DNA from: Dudresnaya verticillata
Taxonomy: Eukaryota
NCBI GenBank assembly: GCA_977862235.1
Contig: OZ374564.1
Location: 1,984,001-2,048,000 of the forward strand
Length of the DNA: 64,000 nt
Reading direction: 5' to 3'
In this document: positions 23,280 to 34,800 of the stretch, piece by piece
Layout of the letters: every line of letters begins with the position of its first letter
How positions within the stretch are numbered: position 1 is the stretch's first letter
Translations under genes and position numbers: made by a program
Notes under the pieces: generated by a model
What the model saw: only the letters and a program-made list of their open reading frames with translations
What the model was told of the DNA's origin: nothing
Databases searched by the model: none

Positions 23280-25190
23280 ATGAAGGGCGCAGTGGCCTGG
23301 TCTCTTCTCCTGGCCATCTTCGCATTGTGTGAGTCTTCGCTTCCAACACCTGAATACTCGTACAATGATCACCCACTCTACAAAACGCCCCAACTCAGGT
23401 CACCCCCCTCTCCGGTAGTAATGAAGAAGTACTTCCGCTTTAAAAAAGGTGCAAAGCACACAAGCAACATGCTTTTCGCGCCAGGCTCGGCAACATATCA
23501 AGATTACAACACGAAAGAACACTTCTTCTCAAATCTGGACTCCCTGTTAATTCCTGGGACTGGGAGAAAGTCTTCACAGGAGGAAGGCTACGTAGAGGTG
23601 CATCTCAATCACGATGCCAGGGTGTTTGTACTTCTAAACGGAAGAGGAATTGGGTGGAAGTTGCTTCGGAATCTTTCCAGCGTTTCAGTTACTGGCTTGG
23701 ATGATTTCCTTCCCGCTGTCCGAGCTGTAAGACTCCCGACCAAAACGAAGGTTCCGATCGGGGATAGTCAAAGATCAAGGCGTCCTTTCTACCTTCCTTG
23801 GGGTGGTGTGCTTGTTGAGACGTTTGTGCCCAAAGATACAAGATTTGTCCTCCCGCACCCGAGTTTAGTTACTGTTGGAAATGGAAACCCTCAACAGACT
23901 TACCCAGTGTCCAGATACACTCTTTTCTTCGCTCGTCCAGATTCGAAACTGGGAGAGCCTATTCGGTTTGACTACCCAAGCGTTCCAGACACACTGCAAG
24001 ATCCGGTTGCTAAGGAAGATGTCCAGATAGAACCTGCCACTCCGAACGGAAAATGCCCAGACTGGCTCCACGATCTTTACCAGGCGAGCTCTCGTGATGA
24101 GAGTGTTGCCAAGAAGGAGGGAGAAAGTCTGATGTGGCGCACATGGCATGCAATCATCGATCCCGTCTACTGGTGCTACTTTGATCATGAGCACGGCTCC
24201 TTCCCCGGCAAGTATGAACCATTGTTTGACTACACTGCCTGGAAAACACCTGACAATTCAACTAGCCATGGACGCCAGAACGAGTCTCACGAGGGTTTCA
24301 AGGTATTCTCATTCGCTCTGCATGACCAAGGAAAGTACATTGTCATTACCGTGCATATGCATGTCAGCAAGGCGAGAAGATTTACTGCTCGTCATCATAC
24401 CGTGGCATTTGCAGTTCTAGACAAGGATAACAAACTTGAAATGGAGCTGCATATGAAAATGGACTTCGGACCTGCACAAGTGACTAGAGTGACAGAGGGT
24501 AACAAACGGAAAACTGTTGCGGCGAACCCAACCCAACAAGGTATCGCAGATGCATTGCGTTCAAAAGGGATTCGTTCTGGTCGTCGTTTCAACGTCCTGA
24601 ACATTGACGAGAACTACCCTGATTCTGTGGACCAGAGCTTTGCATTGAACTGTCGTCTTACCCCTACTGCGAGTAACAAACATCGCATTCTGCGTGGAGT
24701 TTATGAGCAGTGGAAAGGACCACTTAACTCTTGCACGTCTAGCTCGAACAGGTTCAACCGCGGCTTCAAATTTGATGTGAGGGACCCCTCCACTGCAATG
24801 CGTAGGGTAGACGCTATTTCTGATGATAGCATGCAATACCTCAGAGGAGGCGCAGTGAACCGTATTATGGTTATTCCAGGAACAGGACTGGAAGTCGGAA
24901 CTGAGCATTGCGACTTTGATATATTTCGGTCAGACGATTCAGTTCATTTGAAAGAAAATGAAGGAGTGTTTTACACCGACCCGTACTTCCGAGAGGTGCA
25001 CGAAGGCAGTGGGTTAAATTCTCTTCGACAATTCGTCAAGCCTGGATTCCAGACAATCAAGATAAAGAAAGGTAAGATATCTCCTCTGGATCCTTGGATA
25101 GGCTTCATGGATTACGAAACGAAGGAGCAAAAGATGCTTAACAGGAGGCTCGCAAACATAGAAGGTGCAGTCAGGAAGGAGAGGAACTGA
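23280..25190 (+). CDS. Secreted His-rich hypothetical protein (WH..IDPVYWCYFDHEHG motif), 636 aa
   Basis: Intact ORF with signal peptide MKGAVAWSLLLAIFALCES and clustered His motifs. Confidence 0.85.
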   Translation: MKGAVAWSLLLAIFALCESSLPTPEYSYNDHPLYKTPQLRSPPSPVVMKKYFRFKKGAKHTSNMLFAPGSATYQDYNTKEHFFSNLDSLLIPGTGRKSSQEEGYVEVHLNHDARVFVLLNGRGIGWKLLRNLSSVSVTGLDDFLPAVRAVRLPTKTKVPIGDSQRSRRPFYLPWGGVLVETFVPKDTRFVLPHPSLVTVGNGNPQQTYPVSRYTLFFARPDSKLGEPIRFDYPSVPDTLQDPVAKEDVQIEPATPNGKCPDWLHDLYQASSRDESVAKKEGESLMWRTWHAIIDPVYWCYFDHEHGSFPGKYEPLFDYTAWKTPDNSTSHGRQNESHEGFKVFSFALHDQGKYIVITVHMHVSKARRFTARHHTVAFAVLDKDNKLEMELHMKMDFGPAQVTRVTEGNKRKTVAANPTQQGIADALRSKGIRSGRRFNVLNIDENYPDSVDQSFALNCRLTPTASNKHRILRGVYEQWKGPLNSCTSSSNRFNRGFKFDVRDPSTAMRRVDAISDDSMQYLRGGAVNRIMVIPGTGLEVGTEHCDFDIFRSDDSVHLKENEGVFYTDPYFREVHEGSGLNSLRQFVKPGFQTIKIKKGKISPLDPWIGFMDYETKEQKMLNRRLANIEGAVRKERN

Positions 25191-26198
25191 TTGGAAAATA
25201 TAGAAAATGGAAAGAAACCTAGAGCAGTCGAAAGTTAGATATACCATGAATGACTATTGTTGTGAGAGGAGTACTTTACATTGCATCCCAATTAGAGTTT
25301 TGCGATTGCGTACGGCTGTAGTTTAGGTTATTATATGTGTATCCTAAATGCACAACATAGCGTACCTTTATGCCCTCTATGAGGTCTGAGTGTAGCATTG
25401 TACTCTCGGTTCTACGCACTGACTTATACGTAGTTGCGAAACAGTATACTGTATAACCATTACCTAAAAGTGCAAACGAGACTCGTTCCTGAAGCCAACT
25501 GTTGTACCAAGTTCTCCAACTCTACTGAAATCTGGCTGGTACCCCTTCGACCTGTTCGACCCTGCAATATTATTACGTCCCGTGACCACCTTTAATACCA
25601 CAGACGAAAGCCTAGCGCTTTCTGATAATTCTCTCTCTGTACTTCAGGTTTCGATAGCTCAACTTCTTGAGAACATTTCTTTCGATCTTGTTACATGTCC
25701 ACTCACCCGGAACCAGAAAATAGAGCTTGTGAAACTCGATACTGATACAAGTAATAACTGTTGTAGATTCTACTAGAGTAAAATGGCATACTTTTCGTGC
25801 ATCAAAGTACGTTACTGGGCGTGTATTTTTCTGACTTTGAACCTGAGGTCGCACACCGCTTACACAAAAAAAAACACTTCTTGGCTATTGCTGCTTTTGC
25901 AGATACCCACAAATTCATCGTTCGTTACAAAATTGCTTCTTCGAGAATGCGGGGGCATTGAGCGACGCTTTGCGGCCCAAGGAAATAAGATGCTTCCACA
26001 AATCGAAGGCATGAATTTGCTCAGGAAAGTCTTCTGATGGGGCACATCTCTTGTTTGGTCACAAAAATAAAATTAAGGACGTATCCAGTCCGCGTCTGCA
26101 CGTCCCGGTCCAAATAGAATTTCTCCCCGTCCGTCGCGCCCCACCGTCGCACCCCGTCCAATGCATCCCCTCCGCCGCGCGCGCGCGCCCCACCCGCG

Positions 26199-27118
26199 AT
26201 GAACGCCGCCGCCGCCGCCGCTGCGCTGCTGCTGGCGCTGCGCGTGGCCACGGGCCTGCACCTCGTCCCCGCCGCCGTCTCCCCCCGCGCCTCGGCGCTG
26301 AGCGCATCCGCCGCGCCGCTCCTCGCGCTGCTGCTGCTGCAGCCGGGCTTTGCGCACTCGTACGCGCACGCCACGCGCGCCTTCCCCGCCACGCGCTGCT
26401 ACGCCACGCGCGTGCCCCGCCTGCACCCGGTCTACCTGCTGTCGCTGCTGCTGCACGTGCCGCTCTCGGCATCGCCGCGCGCGCTGCATCTGCCCGCCGC
26501 GGCCGCGCTGCTGCGGCTGTGCACGCCGGGGCAGGCCGCGTGGCTGTCGCACCCGCCGGCCGCGCGTGACGGCGCGCGCGCAGTCATGCTGCTCGACTTT
26601 GCCGCCTTTGTCCCGTGCCTCGCCTGCGTCCCGGCCTTTGCGTTGGGCGTCGTGCTGGCGCAAGCCTTCTTGCGCACGGCGGACGTGCTGCCGCTGCTTG
26701 TCGCGCTGCATGTCGTTCACCGTGTACATGATGGCCGGCCCCGTGTGGTGCATGCTGGGCGCTTCGTGTCAGTCACGCCGACACATCAAGTGGTACTGCC
26801 TTCCTCGCCCCGTCTCGCCGCCGCACGTCACTGCCTCCCCGTTTCAGTTGCTCTCTTGGCTGCCGTGGCAGCACCCGGAGCCGGAAGAGATGCTCATCAG
26901 CGCGGCCGCCGAGGCGGGGAAGAGGCTGCTCAGCGTCTCCACTTTTGGAAAGCCGGCAGTGCAACTGCTCATATATTTGCCAGCATTTCTTGTCGTGTTC
27001 GTGGCGGTGTATCTCGGCGTGCAGGCACCGCTAAAGGCTTTTATTGTGTCTGCTCGTGAGCGTTTGATGCAGCTTGCGGAGGATGGCTTGTTGTCGCAAT
27101 CTTCTTTGTGGTCGCGCC
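26199..27118 (+). pseudogene. Acyltransferase-3 (OafA/YrhL-like) membrane protein, 5' part, interrupted by element A; frame change ~26700
   Basis: RLHPVYLLSLLL, VPAFALGVVLA, SFTVYMMAGPV and VYLGVQAP resemble AT3 motifs; spread over ORFs 26199.. and 26350..; continues after the TSD at 60587. Confidence 0.55.
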
Positions 27119-27837
27119 TGTGGTACAACGGGCATTGACGCCCTGTAAGGAGCCACGTGGACACGAGTCCTCTGTAAGGAATGACAGGCGCACAACTGCC
27201 CGGATGATATGGCTGGCTTACAGATTGATTTAATTGCTGAAGCTCTCCTACGCTGTAAGGCAACACGTGTACAGAGTTAATCTGTAGGCACATTGCTGAT
27301 ATGGCACTGTGCCATTCGGGGATTAACCATAACCGCACCATCGCGCCATGCATTGCTGGCGGATGTTTGCCCCGCGGCGCCTGACAGTGGCACCGCGCTG
27401 GTCTTGTGGCCTGACGACTCATTCCTATCTAAGGACGTATCATACCTGTATTGTACAGTATTAGCTAAGTATTAGCCATAGAGCTCTAACTGAGCGAGTA
27501 GCACCTTTTCGGCTCTCGCCGTATTTATGGGGCCCCTGAGTAGCAGGGGCCCGGCACTAAACCGGCAGCGGTCTGTGCCTTGGGTTTCTCCTTTTTGGAC
27601 GCTTACGGTGCTACCGCTACAACTTCCCTTTGGGCGTCTACAAGCCCTGTCGTCTACGACGAATTGCTCTATTCAGCAGGGTTCGCCTTTCCCTTTTTCC
27701 TTTGTTAGGGCTTTAAGCCCTTCAAAGTCTCTACCACCCCTTTACCGAGCTACCAACCACGCGAGTGGGATCGCTCTTTGAGGACAGCTGTCGTGCCGTG
27801 TCGCCGTCTCTGTTGGCTTCAAAGCCATTCTACTACA
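27119..27837 (+). repeat. 5' LTR of element A
   Basis: Direct repeat of 59869-60586 with roughly ten differences by eye. Confidence 0.95.
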
Positions 27838-27838
27838 G

Positions 27839-27856
27839 TGGTCTCCCGACCTAGAA
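27839..27856 (+). promoter_or_regulatory. Primer-binding site TGGTCTCCCGACCTAGAA (probably tRNA-Tyr)
   Basis: TGG-initiated 18-mer 1 nt after the LTR; identical in element B. Confidence 0.85.
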
Positions 27857-28118
27857 CAATGTGGAGTTCTCAGGGTCGGACCCTTTTTCTACCTTACCCT
27901 CGACGGGTCGAGTCAAGATATTCAAGACAGGACGTTGTCCGTTGAAGTTTCAAGAATCTTCCTTCGAAGAGTAAAACCCTAGTCGTCTAATTGTCGACGG
28001 ATTCTACGGTTTATACTAAGCTCCGGAGTTACGTGTGGTATAGACGCTATTCGTGTAATGACTCCGTGGCCTACATGAAAGTAGTCGAGAAATACGAATT
28101 TCGAAATGACTCCGTGAA

Positions 28119-28315
28119 TGCGCACGCCACGATGGCAAACGTATTACAGCGATGCATACGGTGCGCGCGCCACGATGGCATACGCATTACAGCACGCACG
28201 TGATACGAAATCGTTGACACCTCCGGACGAATCCCGATCCGACTTCGTGATCACGCGCGCCACGATGACATTCGCATTACAGTGGGGACCCAATACGAAA
28301 TCGCTGACACCTTCG
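28119..28315. repeat. Imperfect tandem repeats in the 5' UTR of element A
   Basis: gccacgatg...ttacag x3; atacgaaatcgYtgacacct x2. Confidence 0.7.
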
Positions 28316-29107
28316 TCACTTTCCCGTTGTTTCTCGCGCGTAACGGCACCGGGGCCCACGAAACACGCGCACCTCCGTATGCATCGCTGGCGCACTACGC
28401 AACCGCCACCATACGTGAGGCGACCGTTCGCTGGCACCGAGGCCGTCACGAATCATTCGAGTACGAACCGTCTCCCGAGTTGACGCGCATTCGTGCTTAC
28501 GTAGTAGTACTTAGCCAGTCGTCTGGCACAACCTCCGAGGGTTTCCGGCAAGCGACTAGCGCCCGGACCTCGGAGTCTTCGGTAAACGCTGTTTCTTCGA
28601 GTTCGGTGTCTTCGTCTTCGTGACTGCGGATACGGTCGAGCCTCGCTTTCGATAGCCTCGCGCACCCGGAGTTATCCCCGGTGATCGATCGCTCGAGTTC
28701 TCTCTTCCGCACACGAATACGTTGACACCGTGGTCCTTCGTGTTAGCCGCTTCGCTCTACCACGCTACCACCCCGTTTTCGCTTCTTCGTTAGGCTACGA
28801 GGCCATTCGCTAGGCTCCGAGGCCATTCGCTTACAGTGCGAGACTTCCCCGTGTCTCCGTGGACTTCGTTTTCGTTATACCACATTACGTCAAATCTTGT
28901 GAGCAAGCAAACTACATTTTACGGTTTTTAAACCATCCCTAGAAGTTCCTCTCGACGGCGGATTGACGCCCGGGTCGAGCCTACTTCGACAGGTTTTCCG
29001 TGCAACCTGAGGAAACACGTGTAACCATACGGCTCTGAACCGCCGAGAGGCCTGGGAAGAAGTCCCCGCTACCTCGCTGGCTGAGCCGAAAAAATTGTAT
29101 TGGCAAA

Positions 29108-31819
29108 ATGCCAACCTCTAATGGCGAGACTACCCGGCCCGGATTATCGAGCCGGGGAGCAAGCCAAACAGGCAGTCTTGCCTCAGTGAGAACGACTGGG
29201 CCCCGCACCCGCGCAGCCTCAACCGCTCTCGCAGTAAACCCCGTAGCGGGTAAGCCGGGACCCCCTACTCGAATAACGGGAACCCCGGCTGGAGAAGAAA
29301 CCCCTGGACCAGGTAGGGACCAGGTCCCGGAAGGAGAATATACGGTTCGAACCGTGGAAGAAGTCCCCGCCAACATCGGGGAGAATGAGGATTCGAACTC
29401 TGGAATGATGCCGCCGCCTCTGGATTTAGACAGCCAGCAAGCCATAGGCGGACGAGCCCAAAATGAGGATACCACGGCCGCCCCGGACGTAGGGCTGCCG
29501 TCAAGAACGAAGTACAATTCGTCGGAAGTCCGCTTCTTTACAGAGCGCGAAATAGGACGAATGGTCGAATTGGGAATCGAGAGATCATTGACGACGAGTG
29601 TCGTGGCGCTCCTGGAGAGTCAAGCCGATGATACCTTTCCAAAGGTCAAGCGATATATCGACGAGGCGTCGACGCGCCGTGACGACCGCCTTTTGGCTAA
29701 ATGCCAACAGGAGATGGAATCTCGATTCCGCCAAGGTCCTCTTAGAGGATTAGAAGAAGAGAGGGTCGAAACCCTGCAAGCGCAAATGGACTCACTAGGC
29801 GACCAATTGGACGCCGTCCATGGAAACCTCCATACGCTTACAAAGGTCACCGACCTAACTCGAGAAGAAGCCACATTGGCTATTGAAGACGTTCGACGAA
29901 ACGTAGACGACACCAGGTGTGTCGAACAAGACAGAGCTATTGAGCTCCTGAGACAGGAGCTTGAAGCTGAAAAGCGGAAGGTAACGTTGCTGGAAGCAAG
30001 GATGCGACGACTCAGTCGCGAGAGGGATTTAATCCCTGAGATCGAGCGGCGACGCTCCCCCGTGTCCCGCGGCACGAGGGACCGTCGCAGGACGTCTCCA
30101 AGACGTGACTCGGAGGGGGAGTCTGGACAGGACGACCTTAGCCGTAGGAAGTCCACACACCCCCGGTGTGATTGCCGATCATCGCACGGTCCCACTGTAT
30201 GTCGAAATACACGGGACGCCCGTCAGGACCGGCTTTCAAGCCGTAATGATGAGGGGCAGCGTCGAAACGCCTCATACCCAGCGCCGATGCAATCGGACGA
30301 GGACGAGCCAACATCACGAGGTCTTTCAAGACCATCTTGGAGCTCCCGGCGAGGACCGCGTCGCGCGGGAATCAAGGAGTTAACTCCACGAAACCCGGCG
30401 TTCATTCAGGTACTTTCGTATCGGAGATACCGATTATTGAATGTCGATGCATATCGTGGGCCCGAGGTAACGGAAGCCACCTCGAAAAAGATCAAGCGGA
30501 TTAAATCCGTAATGAGGAGTCGGCGATTCGATGGGCGAGATCCAGTTTCCATCATAGGCTTTCTAGCCACTTTGAAGAGACAGTTGGACCAAGCCCAAGT
30601 GAGCGAAGGAGCGGCCATCCTGGTCATACCTGAATTCCTTGAAAAGGACGCGAAGGACATGTTCGAAGCAAATTTCGACGCGGCCGGAGACGACAATGGC
30701 GGATTCAATGAGTGGCCTGAGGCCATAAATTACCTCTTGCGGACTTACGCCAAAGACGTTTACATTGAACAGATTTCTTCTGAAATGGATACGATGACCC
30801 AAGGGTCAGAGGAAGACGAAGTCTCTTTTTCAAGACGTCTACAGAATAAGGCGCGAAAGGTCGCCGGAGTCTACTCGGAACAAGACTTGATAACGCGTTT
30901 TATACGTGGGCTACTACCAGCGGTGAAACCGCTTCTAAGTACGTCCTCTCTGGACCCATGCTCAGCGCGACTAGCCGACTATGTCGAATTGGCGACAGCT
31001 CAGGGAGATTCGCACCGCGCCCTAGCGAGTGGTACTCGTCTCAAGAAGGCGAGCTCCTCGCTACCTCGCAAAACCCTGGCACGGGTCAAGACACACAAGT
31101 CTGGAAGAGCGCTCCTCATTCGGCAAAATAGGACTCAACAGTCCTCAGACACCGATTCCTCGAAGAGCAGCAGTTCTGAGGCCGACAGTGAGGATGCAGT
31201 GGTTGCAGCCATTGATCACGAAGCGCCTCCGTCCAGCGTAACCCAATCAGACTCGTGGTCTGCCGCGTTGAGCGACCACCCATATCAAGGCGATGTGGAC
31301 GCAGTCCTTCAGAACTACAACCACAGGATGCCTGCGTGGGCTCAGCCTACAAGGACACAACGTCCCGGTTGGGTGGCTGTTGAAGACAGGCCAAATGACA
31401 TATGCTTCGAGTGTCTGGGCGTGGGCCATAAAAAGCCGAATTGCCCATATCTGGCTCGTACGGATGAACCGTCATTTGAGGTACTAAAACGCCAGCAGTT
31501 TTATCAACTGTCTCGCGAACAGAAGGCATGGTTAGCCACCATAGGGCGACTGCCTGATTTCGCCCCGGGGAATCCCCGTAGGGAACAACCCGATTATGCG
31601 TCGTCAGGACGTGGAGCAGGGCCATCGAGGGGGCCTCCTCAAAATGTGGGGTCTGCCCCAAGCCGAAATGGCCATGTCCAATTTCAAGGGGGATTGAATC
31701 ATCCAGTGGACACTCCGAAACATACGCCGACGGCGCCACGGTCGCCAAGACCTGGCTCCCGAAGCCTTCCGCCGCCTCCACCACTTCCGCAGTCGCCTGC
31801 TAGTAGGCCGAAAAACTAG
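29108..31819 (+). CDS. gag: Gag of element A (903 aa, intact)
   Basis: Coiled-coil N-region, retrotransposon gag core (FDGRDP...W...QGSEEDEVSF...RFIRGL), CCHC knuckle CFECLGVGHKKPNC. Confidence 0.92.
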   Translation: MPTSNGETTRPGLSSRGASQTGSLASVRTTGPRTRAASTALAVNPVAGKPGPPTRITGTPAGEETPGPGRDQVPEGEYTVRTVEEVPANIGENEDSNSGMMPPPLDLDSQQAIGGRAQNEDTTAAPDVGLPSRTKYNSSEVRFFTEREIGRMVELGIERSLTTSVVALLESQADDTFPKVKRYIDEASTRRDDRLLAKCQQEMESRFRQGPLRGLEEERVETLQAQMDSLGDQLDAVHGNLHTLTKVTDLTREEATLAIEDVRRNVDDTRCVEQDRAIELLRQELEAEKRKVTLLEARMRRLSRERDLIPEIERRRSPVSRGTRDRRRTSPRRDSEGESGQDDLSRRKSTHPRCDCRSSHGPTVCRNTRDARQDRLSSRNDEGQRRNASYPAPMQSDEDEPTSRGLSRPSWSSRRGPRRAGIKELTPRNPAFIQVLSYRRYRLLNVDAYRGPEVTEATSKKIKRIKSVMRSRRFDGRDPVSIIGFLATLKRQLDQAQVSEGAAILVIPEFLEKDAKDMFEANFDAAGDDNGGFNEWPEAINYLLRTYAKDVYIEQISSEMDTMTQGSEEDEVSFSRRLQNKARKVAGVYSEQDLITRFIRGLLPAVKPLLSTSSLDPCSARLADYVELATAQGDSHRALASGTRLKKASSSLPRKTLARVKTHKSGRALLIRQNRTQQSSDTDSSKSSSSEADSEDAVVAAIDHEAPPSSVTQSDSWSAALSDHPYQGDVDAVLQNYNHRMPAWAQPTRTQRPGWVAVEDRPNDICFECLGVGHKKPNCPYLARTDEPSFEVLKRQQFYQLSREQKAWLATIGRLPDFAPGNPRREQPDYASSGRGAGPSRGPPQNVGSAPSRNGHVQFQGGLNHPVDTPKHTPTAPRSPRPGSRSLPPPPPLPQSPASRPKN

Positions 31820-34800
31820 CAAGGGGGGAACCGGTTTCGGTCCACTGGGCGACTCCAGTCGTATCGGAACCCCCCGATCGCTCAGAGGAATGTCATTTCC
31901 TATGTCCTCCCTCACCCGAACGATCGGTCTCGCGGGAACTCCCGCTTCCTCTTCCAAAGAAGGTTTTAGCACGCCCCGTGGGCTTACCCCCCGGGTGCAA
32001 GTATGATGAGTACATTAAGGACCCAGTGTGCGCACTATCGCGATACAACTATAAAGTTGTCACGTCCGTTGGGACCTCTGCTGAAAACATGACTCAAGTA
32101 CTTTCAGTTCTGGACACGGGCGCAGGCCCCAATCTCATCAGAGCTGACGTGCTCTCTTTGGACGACCGGAAGAAGGTTTCCTCGACTCAGTCGATCGTCA
32201 ACCTTACTCCGGCTTCAAGCTACCGCTTACCAACATTAGGAATGATCTCCCTCGTCGTCAAGATTGGAATCTACACGGTCCGTCAACCCTTCGTCGTGGT
32301 TTCGGCGCTAGCCGTCGATATGATATTAGGATGCACCTATATCGATAGCCACGTCGAACAGCTTCGAGTGCGTAAGCAACACGTAGTCTTACGTGACGGT
32401 TCGGTACATCCCATTCTCCAACGACGATGCGGTATCCCGCGAGCCACACGCTCTGGCGAAACCATGGAGGTCCCTCCACTAACTACTTCTCGCCTGGTGC
32501 GAGTTGCTCACACAACTAACTTACAACCCGGTTCGGAAACCTGGGTCGCGGTATCCTGTACCGCAAAAGGGACACACTTCTCGGATTCCTTCCAACGTCT
32601 TTACGACCGTCAGCAAGTGGTCGTCACGAATGGAATCGTCAAGATACAAGAGAACGTTCTCTTCCGTGTTAAGATTGCTAACTTCTCTCACCGAGTGCAA
32701 CGGCTAACCAAGAACCAAGTTATTGGTCGCGCCGTTCCCGCTCCGACGGCCACGCCGGTTTGTACTCTTTCCATCGACGATGTACCCGACCATACGGACC
32801 CGAAGCCACAGGAATCGAGTCCTCCTGCCGATACATCGTTCGATATAGGGGGGCAGGGCTAGCTGCTGCTCTTGGCGCGGCCAACTCCAAATTAGGTGTC
32901 AAAACCGCCACCGAGAAGCTCACAGTCGACGACTTGGAATTAGAACACCTATCCCCGTCTGACAGGCGCCGCGTTCGCAAAATGTTGCGTCCGTTCGCCG
33001 ACATGTGGAACGGGCAATTAGGAACCATCAAGGTCACGGAGCATCGTATTGGGCTCACAGAAGGTTCCAAACCTGTATTCGCACAACCCTATCGTTCAGG
33101 GCCGAAAGCGCGACAAGCGGAGCAGGACGAGGTCGATAAGATGCTCAAGGAAGGAGTCATAGAGCCGGCACGCTCTGAATTCGCAAGTCCAGTGGTACTG
33201 GTTAAGAAGCCTGACGGATCCGTCCGGTTCTGTGTCGATTACAGGAAACTGAACGCGATTACCATCAAGGATTCTTATCCTCTACCGCGCATGGATGAGT
33301 GCTTGGACTCGTTGGGCGACGCCCAGTATTTCACCACCCTCGATTGCAATTCGGGCTACTGGCAAATACCGGTTGCGGCTGAAGATAAGCCCAAGACAGC
33401 GTTCACCTGTCATGCTGGTTGCTTTCAGTTCTGCCGAATGCCATTCGGACTGTGCAACGCACCTGCGACGTTCCCACGAACGGTTGATATTCTATTATCG
33501 GGATGCAGATGGAAATCCTGCCTCGTCTATTTGGATGACATCATAGTCTTTTCCAAGAGTGTCGACGAACACATAGGCCACGTCCAAGAGATACTCTCTG
33601 TATTGAAACAAGCAGGTGTATCGCTCAAGCTCAAGAAATGTAATTTCTTCACAAAGAGTGTGGACTACCTCGGACATGTGATCCGACCAGGGCTGCTAGA
33701 GGTGGCTACCAAAAACACCCAAGCTATCGAAGGATTCAAGGAGCCTACGACTCAGACACAAACAAGGTCGTTTATTGGATTGTGTAACGTCTATAGACGC
33801 TTCGTACCGAATTTCGCTAGGGTCGCGTCTCCGCTTAATAGACTTCTACAGAAGGATGTTGGGTTCAACTTACCCCCGTTTGATGAACAGCAACGCGAAG
33901 CCTTCGCCCTGTTGAAGAAGGCACTCATAGCGCCACCGATCCTCCGGCTTCTTAAGGAAGATAGACCTCTCTCGGTAGATACCAACGCGTGTGATTATCC
34001 GATAGGGTGTGCCCTTATGCAGATGGAGCCAGATGGCACCCGCCACTCGATCGGTTTCTGGAGCCGCGGCCTTACCCAGGCTGAGCGGAATTATTCCGTT
34101 GGAGAAAAGGAGTGTCTCGCTGTCGGCTGGGCCACACAAATGCTCAGACCGTATTTGGAAAGGTCGACTTTTGATCTCTATACCGACCACCAAGCGCTCA
34201 AGTGGATGATGAGTATGACTGACGCATCAGGTCGTCTAGCGCGCTGGCGCTTGCGACTCTTGAAGTACGACTTCACGGTTCAATACCGTAAGGGAAATAA
34301 GAACCAGATAGCAGACGCCGTCTCGCGACTGCCCACTTATGGATTCACCAGTTGGGAACCGGACCTAGAGATCCCTTGCTTCATTATCGCCGACAGCGAG
34401 CGCGAGGACTTTCCCGATCGTCCTTCCGAAGGGAATGCTAAAGCCGACACAGAGCCGCGACCTTTGGAGGTTTGGGAAGTCGAACCCGAGGACCAATTAG
34501 CCGAGTTTGAATTCGAGGATGAGCAGTTGATAGCCACGGTGGCTGAAAAGGAAGTGGACGAGAAGAGTCTATCTTTGATTACGGTGGAAGAACTACTTCG
34601 CACCCAATTGACAGATCCATTCTGCAAGGGTATTAAGCTTGCCATTGAAGCTGGAAAGCCAGGCTGTTACCTCGAAGACGAAAGGGGACTTTTAGTCCGA
34701 CGGTCTCATATCGACAAAACGTTACAGGTAGTGATACCTAGGGTCCTTCAAGAACGGGTTCTACACCTGGCGCATTATCCTGAGATGGCAGGCCATCCCG

